From a bacterium (GTDB lineage: Bacteria; Zhuqueibacterota; Zhuqueibacteria; Residuimicrobiales; Krinioviventaceae): a DNA stretch of 64,000 nucleotides. The first letter of the stretch is position 1. Every line of letters begins with the position of its first letter. The DNA lies in contig OY843751.1 of assembly GCA_963693055.1 (NCBI GenBank), forward strand, positions 3,776,001 to 3,840,000, in the 5' to 3' direction. The notes beneath the pieces are model-generated. The model did not search any database and was not told the DNA's origin. It saw nothing but the letters and a program-made list of their open reading frames with translations. The position numbers were made by a program, and so were the translations under genes. Below, piece after piece: positions 49,535 to 59,553 of the stretch.

Positions 49535-52500
49535 ATGAATGAACATTTGAACCTGTATTTAACAAACATCAAAAAACGATATCAATCCGGCATTTCAACA
49601 GAGCACAGCTATAGAGGTGACCTGCAAACATTGATTGAAGCGCTAGTACCTGGTGTATTGGCAACCAACGAACCCACCCGTATTGCTTGCGGTGCGCCGG
49701 ACCTGATTATAACCCGCAAACAAATCCCCATAGGCTATATTGAAGCCAAAGATATTGGCAAACCGCTTGATAGTAAAGAATTCAAATCTCAATTTGACAG
49801 ATACCGCAAATCCCTCCCCAATTTGATAATAACCGATTATCTAGATTTCTGGTTATTTATCAATGGCGAACTGGTAACTACTGTACAAATTGGTTATGTA
49901 AGGGATAAAAAACTCTTTATCGAAACTGATAAACTGGACCGCTTTATAGACATAATGCAGGAATTTTGCACCCGTGAAGGCCAAACTATAACCTCTGCAT
50001 CAAAACTGTCAAAGATGATGGCGGCAAAGGCACGTTTATTGTCTCAGGTAATTGAAAACGCTTTAAACAGTGACGAAGAAAACAAACAGGACAGCTCACT
50101 CAAGGCGCAATTAAAGGCATTTCAAGACGTGCTGATTCATGACATTAACTCCAAAGAATTTGCAGATATTTACGCGCAAACTATTGCGTACGGCATGTTT
50201 GCCGCGCGCTTGCATGACCCCACACTGGAAGACTTTAGCAGACAAGAGGCCGCTGAACTAATACCCAAATCCAACCCCTTTTTGCGAAAACTGTTTCAAT
50301 ACATTGCCGGCTATGATCTGGATGACCGTATTAAATGGATTGTTGACGCACTTGCGGATATTTTCAGGGCAACAGATGTTGCAGCGCTGCTGAAAAATTT
50401 TGGCAAAACCACTCAGCAAAATGATCCCATGATCCATTTTTACGAGACGTTCCTGTCCGAATATGATCCCAAATTGCGTAAAAGCCGCGGTGTGTGGTAT
50501 ACTCCGGAACCGGTGGTAAACTTTATTGTAAGAGCGGTTGACGATATTTTAAAAACAGAATTTAACCTGCCGCAGGGACTTGCAGACACTTCTAAAACCA
50601 CCATTGAAGTAGACACGGATGTTAAAGATAAGCGCTCTTCTACCGGATACAAACGTGAAAAAGTAGAGGTGCACAAGGTACAGATACTGGACCCCGCCGC
50701 CGGTACGGGTACGTTTCTTGCCGAGGTCATTAAACAGATCTATAAAAAGTTTGAGGGCCAGCAGGGCATCTGGAGCAATTATGTGGATGACCACCTTATA
50801 CCCCGTGTGAATGGATTTGAACTGCTGATGGCCTCTTATGCTATGGCACATTTAAAACTGGAACTGCTGTTAAAAGAAACCGGGTATGTGGCTAAAAAAG
50901 AACAAAGATTACGGGTATTTCTCACCAATTCACTGGAAGAGCACCACCCCGATACCGGTACACTGTTTGCCAACTGGCTCTCTACCGAAGCCAACGAAGC
51001 CAATTATATCAAACGCGATACCCCGGTGATGGTGGTTTTGGGAAACCCGCCGTATAGTGGAGAAAGCCAAAACAAAGGTGACTGGATTATGCACCTGATG
51101 CAAGATTATAAAAAAGAACCTGGTGGTAAAGAAAAACTAAAGGAAAAAAATCCAAAGTGGCTAAATGATGATTATGTAAAGTTTATAAGATACAGTCAAT
51201 ACTTTATTGAAAAAAATGGAGAAGGTATTCTAGCATTTATCAATCCACATGGATTTTTGGACAATCCAACCTTTAGAGGGATGCGTTGGAATTTATTAAA
51301 AGCCTATGATACAATTTATACTATTGATCTTCATGGAAATAGTAAAAAAAAGGAAATTTCTCCAAATGGTTCCCCAGATGTAAATATTTTTGATATACAA
51401 CAAGGTGTCTCAATTAATATATTCATAAAAACAGGAAAGAAAAAACCAAATGAATTAGCAAAAATTTATCATAAGGATCTGTATGGGGAAAGAGATTTTA
51501 AATATAACTATTTATGGCAAAATTCATTAAAAACCATACTTTTTCAGGCATTACAACATAAAGAACCTATGTACTTTATGACAAAAAAAGATTTAAAAAC
51601 TGAAACAATCTATAGAAATGGATTCTCCATTTATAATCTTTTCAAACTATGTAGTGTTGGAATTGTTACTGCTAGGGATAAATTCACAATACACGATACT
51701 CAAAAAGAAGTTGAAGAAACAATACGAGAATTTCAAAAACTTGCAGATGAAGAAGCACGGGAAAAATTTAAATTAGGAAAAGATGTTAGAGATTGGAAAG
51801 TAGAATATGCTAGAAAAGATTTAACAACAAATTACCCTAAAAAAGGGAAATTTGTTAAAATAGCTTATCGTCCATTTGAAACTAAGTGGACTTTTTACAC
51901 GGGAAAATCAAAAGGATTTCATTGTTATCCTAGGAACGATATAATGAAACATTTCTTAATTAAAGAAAACATTGGTTTAGTATTCAGCAAACAAATTAAA
52001 GCTTTTAATAATTATCAACATTGCTTTATTGTAAAAAGTATTTTTGAATCGACAATTGTGTCAAATAAAACAAGTGAAATATCATATGGTTTCCCTTTAT
52101 TTCGATATGAAACAAATAATAATGAACTTTTTGGTACAGATAAATCAGACAACTTTAATAAAAACATTCTAGAGGAATTTCAAAATAGAATAAAACTAGA
52201 TTATGAAATAAATAAAACAATAAAAAATAATACTTTTACTCCTTTAGATATTCTTGACTATATCTATGCCGTTCTTCACTCCCCCGCCTATCGCGAAAAG
52301 TATAAAGAATTTTTGAAAATTGATTTCCCCCGTGTGCCCTACCCAAAAGACAAAGATACGTTTTGGGCGCTGGTCAAGCTGGGTAGTGTATTACGTGGTC
52401 TGCATTTAATGGAATCTCCTGTTTTAGATAAATTTATTACCGGGTATCCGGTTGACGGCAGCAACACGGTCACGCGCCGTATAACTCGAAAAGATTATGA

Positions 52501-52741
52501 ACTGGATGAACAATCTCAATCAGGCCGGGTTTGGATCAATGATGAACAATATTTTGAAGGTGTTCCGCTTTTGGCGTGGGAGTTTTACATTGGCGGTTAC
52601 CAACCGGCTCAGAAATGGCTCAAAGACAGACACGGCAGAACGTTGACCTTTGATGACATACAACATTATCAAAAGATCATAGTCGCCCTGACAGAAACCC
52701 ATCGCATAATGCAGGAAATTGACAAGATAGATTTTATGTAA
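49535..52741 (+). CDS. Single-chain restriction-modification enzyme (type IIG-like: PD-(D/E)xK nuclease, N6-adenine MTase, type ISP/LlaBIII-like specificity domain; no helicase)
   Basis: GAPD...YIEAK; GVWYTP; ILDPAAGTGTFL (motif I); GNPPY (motif IV); DYIYAVLHSPAYR...IDFPRVP; IGGYQPAQKWLKDR. Start set at ATG 49535 because the upstream ORF extension lies in the repeat. Confidence 0.9.
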   Translation: MNEHLNLYLTNIKKRYQSGISTEHSYRGDLQTLIEALVPGVLATNEPTRIACGAPDLIITRKQIPIGYIEAKDIGKPLDSKEFKSQFDRYRKSLPNLIITDYLDFWLFINGELVTTVQIGYVRDKKLFIETDKLDRFIDIMQEFCTREGQTITSASKLSKMMAAKARLLSQVIENALNSDEENKQDSSLKAQLKAFQDVLIHDINSKEFADIYAQTIAYGMFAARLHDPTLEDFSRQEAAELIPKSNPFLRKLFQYIAGYDLDDRIKWIVDALADIFRATDVAALLKNFGKTTQQNDPMIHFYETFLSEYDPKLRKSRGVWYTPEPVVNFIVRAVDDILKTEFNLPQGLADTSKTTIEVDTDVKDKRSSTGYKREKVEVHKVQILDPAAGTGTFLAEVIKQIYKKFEGQQGIWSNYVDDHLIPRVNGFELLMASYAMAHLKLELLLKETGYVAKKEQRLRVFLTNSLEEHHPDTGTLFANWLSTEANEANYIKRDTPVMVVLGNPPYSGESQNKGDWIMHLMQDYKKEPGGKEKLKEKNPKWLNDDYVKFIRYSQYFIEKNGEGILAFINPHGFLDNPTFRGMRWNLLKAYDTIYTIDLHGNSKKKEISPNGSPDVNIFDIQQGVSINIFIKTGKKKPNELAKIYHKDLYGERDFKYNYLWQNSLKTILFQALQHKEPMYFMTKKDLKTETIYRNGFSIYNLFKLCSVGIVTARDKFTIHDTQKEVEETIREFQKLADEEAREKFKLGKDVRDWKVEYARKDLTTNYPKKGKFVKIAYRPFETKWTFYTGKSKGFHCYPRNDIMKHFLIKENIGLVFSKQIKAFNNYQHCFIVKSIFESTIVSNKTSEISYGFPLFRYETNNNELFGTDKSDNFNKNILEEFQNRIKLDYEINKTIKNNTFTPLDILDYIYAVLHSPAYREKYKEFLKIDFPRVPYPKDKDTFWALVKLGSVLRGLHLMESPVLDKFITGYPVDGSNTVTRRITRKDYELDEQSQSGRVWINDEQYFEGVPLLAWEFYIGGYQPAQKWLKDRHGRTLTFDDIQHYQKIIVALTETHRIMQEIDKIDFM

Positions 52742-52840
52742 TTCATATACCAAACTCTTTTGGTTCAAGTATTCAATTATTTTAAAAAAGTCACTATTCA
52801 TTCACAAATACGATACGACTAAAACAGACATGGAGACGCT

Positions 52841-53962
52841 ATGATTAACATTAATGACTTTATTATTGAAAAATACTATTCACTTTTTAAAGAATTCATC
52901 AAATCCAAAGATGACAAAGAATTTGATTCATTTGCAAATTCAAATTATATAAAAAAACAAGAATTTTATAAATATGAACTTTTAGATCATGCTCACAAGA
53001 CGCTTGACATTGAAAATTTTGATATAGAAAGTGGACAATTAATCAATAAAATAATTGAATTAATTGAAGATCCCAATAACAATCTTGCATGGAACGACAG
53101 ACAGCACGCTAAACCTCACAACATTTTATTTGAAATTCATAAAAACCGATCAAAGAAAAATACTTTAGAACAATTACTCTATAATTTTTTCAATAATCAT
53201 CAAGATGATGAAATTGTGTTTAATAAACTGGTTAAAGAAATTGGAAAAAAATACAGCGTACTTGCCTATCTGTTTTTCATCAAAGATCCAAATAAATATC
53301 TGCCCATTGCACCCAGAAATTTTGACAAGGCTTTTGTGAAATTAAAAATTGATTTTGCAACAAGTAACAAGTGTTCCTGGGACAATTATACAACTTTTAT
53401 TGAAATACTAGTCCAAATTCAAGCATTTCTTAACACCAAACTTGATGAGAATGTTTCATTGGTTGATGCACATTCTTTTTTATGGATTTTAGTTAAACAA
53501 ATGGAATATGATGGAATTGATCTGGATAACCAATCTAAATCAGCGATTGATAAATTCAACAATCTCCCCCAAAAAGATAGAGAAACTGTAACAAAATCAA
53601 GAGTAGGGCAAGGAAAATTTCGTCTGGATGTTATTAAATACTGGGAAAATTGTGCAGTGACCCATTGCCCCGAAGAAAAACTATTGATTGCGTCGCATAT
53701 TAAACCATGGAACGCTTGCGATCCGCTTGAAGCAATGGACCCATTTAACGGTATTTTACTTTCCCCCAATATCGATAAAGCTTTTGACAAGGGTTATATC
53801 TCTTTTAACGACAAAGGGTCAATCCTTATCTCAAAAGAACATTCAAATGACCTGCAAATTCTTGGGATAAATACTAACATGAAACTTGGTAAACTCGCCC
53901 CCAAGCATGAAAAATACTTGCAATATCACAGACAACATATCTTTAAAAAAGAAAATATTTAA
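52841..53962 (+). CDS. HNH endonuclease with helical N-terminal domain (putative restriction/defence nuclease)
   Basis: RVGQGKFR, CAVT, LIASHIKPW, NGILLSPNIDKAFDKGYISF, YLQYHR; very AT-rich. Confidence 0.88.
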   Translation: MININDFIIEKYYSLFKEFIKSKDDKEFDSFANSNYIKKQEFYKYELLDHAHKTLDIENFDIESGQLINKIIELIEDPNNNLAWNDRQHAKPHNILFEIHKNRSKKNTLEQLLYNFFNNHQDDEIVFNKLVKEIGKKYSVLAYLFFIKDPNKYLPIAPRNFDKAFVKLKIDFATSNKCSWDNYTTFIEILVQIQAFLNTKLDENVSLVDAHSFLWILVKQMEYDGIDLDNQSKSAIDKFNNLPQKDRETVTKSRVGQGKFRLDVIKYWENCAVTHCPEEKLLIASHIKPWNACDPLEAMDPFNGILLSPNIDKAFDKGYISFNDKGSILISKEHSNDLQILGINTNMKLGKLAPKHEKYLQYHRQHIFKKENI

Positions 53963-53976
53963 GCAACATTATAAAA

Positions 53977-54002
53977 CCTTCCCGGCAATTCATCCGGGAA
54001 GG
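53977..54002. terminator. Hairpin between convergent genes
   Basis: CCTTCCCGG-CAATTCAT-CCGGGAAGG. Confidence 0.7.
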
Positions 54003-54015
54003 CTATTCAATATAC

Positions 54016-56628
54016 TTAACTACTCTCTCCTGCCAGTGTAACCTCTACCTTGTTCTTTGCGGTTACATTACCGTTCATATCCTCGACTTTGACTACCAGC
54101 TCGTATGTGCCGGGTTTGACATTACCCAGATCCAGATTGACATACACCGGCTCGTCCCGCGAGGCACCCTGGTACTCAAATGACGTACCCGTAATACCCT
54201 TGTCCCGTCTCATGATCGTATTGAACAATCCGTGCAAAACGGTAGGAGGTTCATCAATACCAATATTTTGTATTGTACAAGTCACACGATACTTTGTCTG
54301 GTCATTTTGTCCGTAAAGCAGGTTATAGATTTCAAAATAGAGCCCTACCATCTGCCCCTTGGAAAAAGCATTAAACATATGAGGATAATAATAAACCTCA
54401 CCTTTTTTAAATTTCTCGCCTTGACCTTCGCCGCCTATTTCTGCGGAAAGTAAAATATCACTGATTTCCAGTTGGTTGTTGCTGTAATCTTTGATCTTTA
54501 ACGTATCACGAAAGACAGCACGACGTTTGGAGACCTGGTCATAGACCTGCATCTCGTAATTATAAGTTGCAGGATCAAGATCAAAGCGTTCCACATCCAC
54601 AATATTGCTCTTTGCCCAGCGATTCATATCCATTTGTACATCAAGAATGGTATTTTCGTTAACGCGTTCAACTTCGTTCCAGTTGCTGTCATAAAAATTG
54701 TAATAATTGGCGAGTTTTATTATGCTTAAACCATGCGTTGTATCCAGCTGCACATTTTGTCCATCTACACTGTAATACAACTCGGTTTCAGTTTTGCCGT
54801 CGTCTCCCTTGAAACTGAGATAAGTAAAAGGAACGGTCATGGGGTCTTCAGCAAATTGATATTTACTGGATTCGGTCTGCAATGCAGCTTTAACTGATTC
54901 TATTGATTCTTCTTTGATTGTATTGGTATACTGTTGAATTACGCTTGCTACCGGCTGCATACTATTAAATGATTCTTCACCCAGGCGTTGATAAATGGGA
55001 TCCAGAAACTCGCGATTCGCAACAGTATAGGGTACGGCTTCAATAATCCAGCCGCTTTTACCGGTATATTTCTTGAAATGGAATGTCATTACATCGTGAT
55101 CATCTGTGGCATAATACTGCCAGGAAATATTCATGGGCATATTGTGAAAAAAGCCATTAGACGCAAGCGATTCGCCATTAAAGGGTTGAGGAACTTTGAA
55201 ATGACGACTCGCGGTAATCATATTTCCATCTACACCGGAACCCGACGAGGTAACGCCGGTTGCCTCTGTCATGCTGGTATATTGCGTACCGCCAAAACCG
55301 CTTGTACCCTGGTTGCCCAATTCCGCTTTTTCATTGAGGTAGGGTTGACCATTAACAACTGTATTTGCAGCAGCAGAAGGATGATAATAAACGGGAATTC
55401 CATCACCGGAAGTGACTTTATTATCGGGAGCGCCATGACGCATAAAAATCACACCCATATCATCAAGCTGCCGGTCACGTGGTAAGGCAACAATATTACA
55501 ATATTCTCGTAACAGCTTGTCACCTTCAATATTGAATTGAGAATAGGGATGCATGGTAGAGTGAACCATATACATCTTGTCTATATCATCTTGTGAGAAA
55601 TAACGGATAAAGTATTTATGCGCAAAATCCAAACGATCATAATACTCGGCAATAAACTCGTTATTCGATGTACTCAGATTGGGATCACGCTTGTTCCAAA
55701 ACCGTTTATAAAATGCGAACAAATCAAACAGGTCCGTTTTTTGATACTCGGCATATTCATCATTATCCATCAAATAACACACTTCATTAAACAGAGTATT
55801 AATAGAGACACTGTCTTTTAAAGCCTTTAAAGCTGTCCAATAATAATTTTCAGCAATTTTGGGGCGATCGAGTTGGAAATAGTTTTTAGCGCTTAGCAGG
55901 TTGATATCAAATTGTGAAACATCAGGGAAATTTTGGCGCATTGCATCCAAACGTTTCAGGCTTTCTTTAAATTTATCCTGATAAAACTCCATCTTTGCCA
56001 TTCCCAACTGAAGCTCGTAATACTCGGGATTGTCTTTTACCAGCTTTTCAAAAATGGATAAACAATCATCATATTTCTGATAAATGATTGAAATATCAAT
56101 TAACGATTCGATCAATCTTGAATTATCAGGATTTTTCTTGATACCATCCTCTAACGCACCAATAGCTTCACCAACCCATTCCACCTCTACATGCAATTTG
56201 GCAATTTCAAGATAAGCATCAATAAGGTGCTCGTCACGTCGAACAGCTTTTTTCAAATTATCCAGCGCTTTGAGATTACCGTTTTCCATGTACTTGTATG
56301 TCATACCGATCTGATAATACGCCATTGCGTAATTTTTATCATAACGGATGGCACGTTCAAATTTATCTATAGCGTCATCAGGTTCACCCTGGGCACGCTT
56401 TAAAAGTCCCATTCCATACCAAGCCTGGGGCAGCTTTTTGTTCTTGTTGAGCAGAGACTGCAATACAGTTTCAGCTTTATTATAATCCTGGTTTTCAATA
56501 AAATTCAGGGCTTGTTTATAGTCACTTTTCCAGGCTGTATCAGATTCGTTTTGAGCAAGTAGAGCAATAGAGAAAACCATAACAAGAGCAAAAATTAAAA
56601 ACACATTAAATCTTTTTAATTCATACAT
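54016..56628 (-). CDS. TPR plus GWxTD-domain secreted protein with C-terminal Ig-like domains
   Basis: N-terminal TPRs; FWNKRDPN.ST..NE...EYYDRL.FA..YF and DDMGVIFMRHGAPD; ISDILL, LYFEIYNL, PGTYELVVKVED. Confidence 0.8.
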   Translation of the reverse strand: MYELKRFNVFLIFALVMVFSIALLAQNESDTAWKSDYKQALNFIENQDYNKAETVLQSLLNKNKKLPQAWYGMGLLKRAQGEPDDAIDKFERAIRYDKNYAMAYYQIGMTYKYMENGNLKALDNLKKAVRRDEHLIDAYLEIAKLHVEVEWVGEAIGALEDGIKKNPDNSRLIESLIDISIIYQKYDDCLSIFEKLVKDNPEYYELQLGMAKMEFYQDKFKESLKRLDAMRQNFPDVSQFDINLLSAKNYFQLDRPKIAENYYWTALKALKDSVSINTLFNEVCYLMDNDEYAEYQKTDLFDLFAFYKRFWNKRDPNLSTSNNEFIAEYYDRLDFAHKYFIRYFSQDDIDKMYMVHSTMHPYSQFNIEGDKLLREYCNIVALPRDRQLDDMGVIFMRHGAPDNKVTSGDGIPVYYHPSAAANTVVNGQPYLNEKAELGNQGTSGFGGTQYTSMTEATGVTSSGSGVDGNMITASRHFKVPQPFNGESLASNGFFHNMPMNISWQYYATDDHDVMTFHFKKYTGKSGWIIEAVPYTVANREFLDPIYQRLGEESFNSMQPVASVIQQYTNTIKEESIESVKAALQTESSKYQFAEDPMTVPFTYLSFKGDDGKTETELYYSVDGQNVQLDTTHGLSIIKLANYYNFYDSNWNEVERVNENTILDVQMDMNRWAKSNIVDVERFDLDPATYNYEMQVYDQVSKRRAVFRDTLKIKDYSNNQLEISDILLSAEIGGEGQGEKFKKGEVYYYPHMFNAFSKGQMVGLYFEIYNLLYGQNDQTKYRVTCTIQNIGIDEPPTVLHGLFNTIMRRDKGITGTSFEYQGASRDEPVYVNLDLGNVKPGTYELVVKVEDMNGNVTAKNKVEVTLAGESS

Positions 56629-56966
56629 AGTTGTTACTCCATGGTTTACATTATGTTACTAGTATAACGATTTAGAATTGAAAATGTTTACATATTTCTC
56701 ACAACTTTTTAAAAAGCATTATATAATTCCATATTACGCAATTACACTATATTTGACAAACAAGCATAATACTGCATTCCCAAAAAATTTCAAATAATAT
56801 CAGAACTTGCTTATAATACAAAGGTTAATATAAAAAAAGCAATTGTAACTTGATCCTCGTTTTATAAATAATTATGTTGAATACGCTTCAGATTAAAATC
56901 ATATTTTTTTATTTTGCCGCAATGTTTCCATACGTAAAATTGTTATGTAAACACTTAAACTAGTAA

Positions 56967-57872
56967 ATGGGGTATTCAATGGAAAGTAAGGCTGGTCAAG
57001 AAATTCGTGCGTTTCATATCTTTCTAGTTATTTTATACATACTCTCTTTTATTTCAATCATATACTTTTTTTATAAAGGCTGGGATTATTATTCAACCCC
57101 CTTTCCTGAAAGACCCCGCCATGATGGTTACACACTCTTGAAACCCGGTGGAAATTACGGACATGGATTTGGCATTATTGGGTCCCTCATGATGCTTATT
57201 ATGTTATTGTACTCTATACGCAAGCGTGCACAAATATTTTACAAGTTGGGAAATATTACCAAATGGCTGGATATACATATCTATCTTGGCATTTTTGGTC
57301 CTTTGTTAATTATACTGCACAGTTCTTTCAAAGTAAACGGCCTGGTTGCAATCAGCTTTTACTCTATGCTGGCGGTTGCGCTTAGTGGTATAATTGGTCG
57401 TTATCTGTATTTACAAATCCCCCGTAACATACAAGGGCATGAGCTATCATTACTTGAACTCAAAAACATGGATGCTCAACTCTCTAAAAAATTAAAAAAT
57501 GAGTTTGATTTTTCAGATGACATGATTTCAAAACTGGAGCATTTGACCAAAAGCAGCCACCTCGAATCCCAAAATTCAATGGTTTTTCTGGTTAAATTGT
57601 TATTGGATGATATTTACAGAGCCAGAGTTTTTCGCACATTTAAAAAAGAAAATGCTTTTATAAAGAAATTGCCACCCAAACAGGTAAAAGATCTTTTAAA
57701 AATAGCTCGCAATAAAGTGATTCTTCACCGTAGAATTCTTGCATTGAATAAAATACAACAGCTCTTTCACTATTGGCACGTTATTCATAAACCTTTTGCA
57801 ATCATTATGATTATTATCATGTTTGTTCATATTGCAATTGCAATTACATTTGGATATAAATGGATATTCTAA
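56967..57872 (+). CDS. Inner-membrane protein, putative diheme cytochrome b (ferric-reductase-like TM domain)
   Basis: About 5 TM helices; two helices each carry His pairs 14 residues apart (H-IYLGIFGPLLIIL-H and H-KPFAIIMIIIMFV-H). Start may be ATG 56979. Confidence 0.75.
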   Translation: MGYSMESKAGQEIRAFHIFLVILYILSFISIIYFFYKGWDYYSTPFPERPRHDGYTLLKPGGNYGHGFGIIGSLMMLIMLLYSIRKRAQIFYKLGNITKWLDIHIYLGIFGPLLIILHSSFKVNGLVAISFYSMLAVALSGIIGRYLYLQIPRNIQGHELSLLELKNMDAQLSKKLKNEFDFSDDMISKLEHLTKSSHLESQNSMVFLVKLLLDDIYRARVFRTFKKENAFIKKLPPKQVKDLLKIARNKVILHRRILALNKIQQLFHYWHVIHKPFAIIMIIIMFVHIAIAITFGYKWIF

Positions 57873-57873
57873 A

Positions 57874-59553
57874 ATGAAAGCACAATTCTTTGTTGTACTG
57901 ATCCTGCTTTTATCACTGCCCGCATTTGCGCAATTGTCCCCGGGAAAACTGCACCAATCCCATGCGGATCTTGAAGGTTTGGAAAACTGTTCCAATTGTC
58001 ATCAATTCAAAAGAAAAATCAGTGCTGACAATTGTCTGGATTGTCACATGATTTTAAACAATAGAATTGCATCCGGCAGGGGGCTGCATGCAAATGACGA
58101 GTATAATGAATGTGAAAAATGCCACATAGAACATCAGGGGCGAGATTATGATCTGATATACTGGCCAGATGGAAAAGACAATTTTAAACATGAGCTCACA
58201 GGCTATCATCTTGAAGGCAAGCATTCTCAGCTGAATTGCAGTCAGTGTCATCAATCCCAAAATATAACCAACAAAGCACTGTTTCTTGAAAAGAAAAAGG
58301 ATCTCAATAAAACCCTGCTGGGCCTTGATGAAGATTGCCTTTCATGCCACCATGATGAACATCGTTCCCAATTCACTCAGGAATGCATCACCTGCCATAC
58401 GATGGAAGGTTGGAAGCCTGCAAAAAAGTTTAATCATCAAAACACCCATTTTAGTTTAACCGGCAAACATCAACAAGTAGATTGTGTAAAATGCCATCCA
58501 CAAATCACCGATAATAAATACAATGCACATCCTTCTTTTTCAAAATATAGCAATCTCGAGTATCAAAATTGCATCAACTGCCATCAGGATGTGCATAATA
58601 ATAAATTTGGTTCCAATTGCGAATCCTGCCACAACACATCAGGATGGAAAACTGTGAACCATAACCAGTTTGATCACAACCGTACATCCTTCCCATTAAA
58701 AGGGAAACACATCACAACGGCTTGTGAACAGTGCCATTTACCCGGCAGACCCATTAAAATTAACAAATATGACAGGTGTGCTGATTGTCATACGGATTAC
58801 CATAAAAACCAATTCACCAAAACCGAACATATTGGCAATTGTGAACAATGCCATACCGAACAGGGCTTTACTCCATCGCTATTTACAATTGAAAAGCATA
58901 ATAACCTGGATTTCCATCTGGAAGGTAGTCACAAAGCCGTTCCGTGTATTGCCTGCCACAAAAAAATCAATACGGGCACCAGTTATGAAACCATTCAATT
59001 CCATTATCCAGATAAAAAATGCAGTTCCTGTCACAAAGATCCACATAATGGTCAAGTCAATAAATTCACCTCACAACAGGGATGTGAAGCATGCCACTCT
59101 GTTGCAAGCTGGTACACAATCAATTTTGATCACAATCAGACAAAATTCCCTCTTGAGGGTCGCCATAAAAATGTTTCATGCGCACAATGTCACGTGGAAG
59201 AGGATCTGTCAAAGAACAAGACCTATGCCTTTGTTAATCTTGTTTCAGATTGCCAGTCATGTCACAATGATGTTCATCTGGGGCAATTCCGGGAAGACCA
59301 ACTTGTAAACGGAAATAACCATACCAACTGTGATAGATGCCATACTCCCGCAAACTGGATTGCTGAAAAGTTTGAACATAATAGAGACGCCTCATTCAAA
59401 CTTGATGGTGCTCACCAGTCAGTCCCATGTAATGACTGCCATAAAGAATTATCATTAAAAGGCAACAAGTTTAGATTATATAAACCCCTGCGCTCGGATT
59501 GTAAATTCTGTCATACCCCTTCAAAAAAAACTAACGATACCAGGTCAAACTAA
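57874..59553 (+). CDS. Multiheme cytochrome c, 20 CxxCH motifs
   Basis: Signal peptide MKAQFF...AFA; 20 CxxCH counted; repeating FxH..T.F.L.G.H triheme units. Confidence 0.95.
   Translation: MKAQFFVVLILLLSLPAFAQLSPGKLHQSHADLEGLENCSNCHQFKRKISADNCLDCHMILNNRIASGRGLHANDEYNECEKCHIEHQGRDYDLIYWPDGKDNFKHELTGYHLEGKHSQLNCSQCHQSQNITNKALFLEKKKDLNKTLLGLDEDCLSCHHDEHRSQFTQECITCHTMEGWKPAKKFNHQNTHFSLTGKHQQVDCVKCHPQITDNKYNAHPSFSKYSNLEYQNCINCHQDVHNNKFGSNCESCHNTSGWKTVNHNQFDHNRTSFPLKGKHITTACEQCHLPGRPIKINKYDRCADCHTDYHKNQFTKTEHIGNCEQCHTEQGFTPSLFTIEKHNNLDFHLEGSHKAVPCIACHKKINTGTSYETIQFHYPDKKCSSCHKDPHNGQVNKFTSQQGCEACHSVASWYTINFDHNQTKFPLEGRHKNVSCAQCHVEEDLSKNKTYAFVNLVSDCQSCHNDVHLGQFREDQLVNGNNHTNCDRCHTPANWIAEKFEHNRDASFKLDGAHQSVPCNDCHKELSLKGNKFRLYKPLRSDCKFCHTPSKKTNDTRSN

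Noticed and set aside
56629-56966. FNR, Rex or Fur box upstream of the cytochrome operon
   Set aside because: Only half-sites such as TTGAT in very AT-rich DNA; no convincing palindrome.
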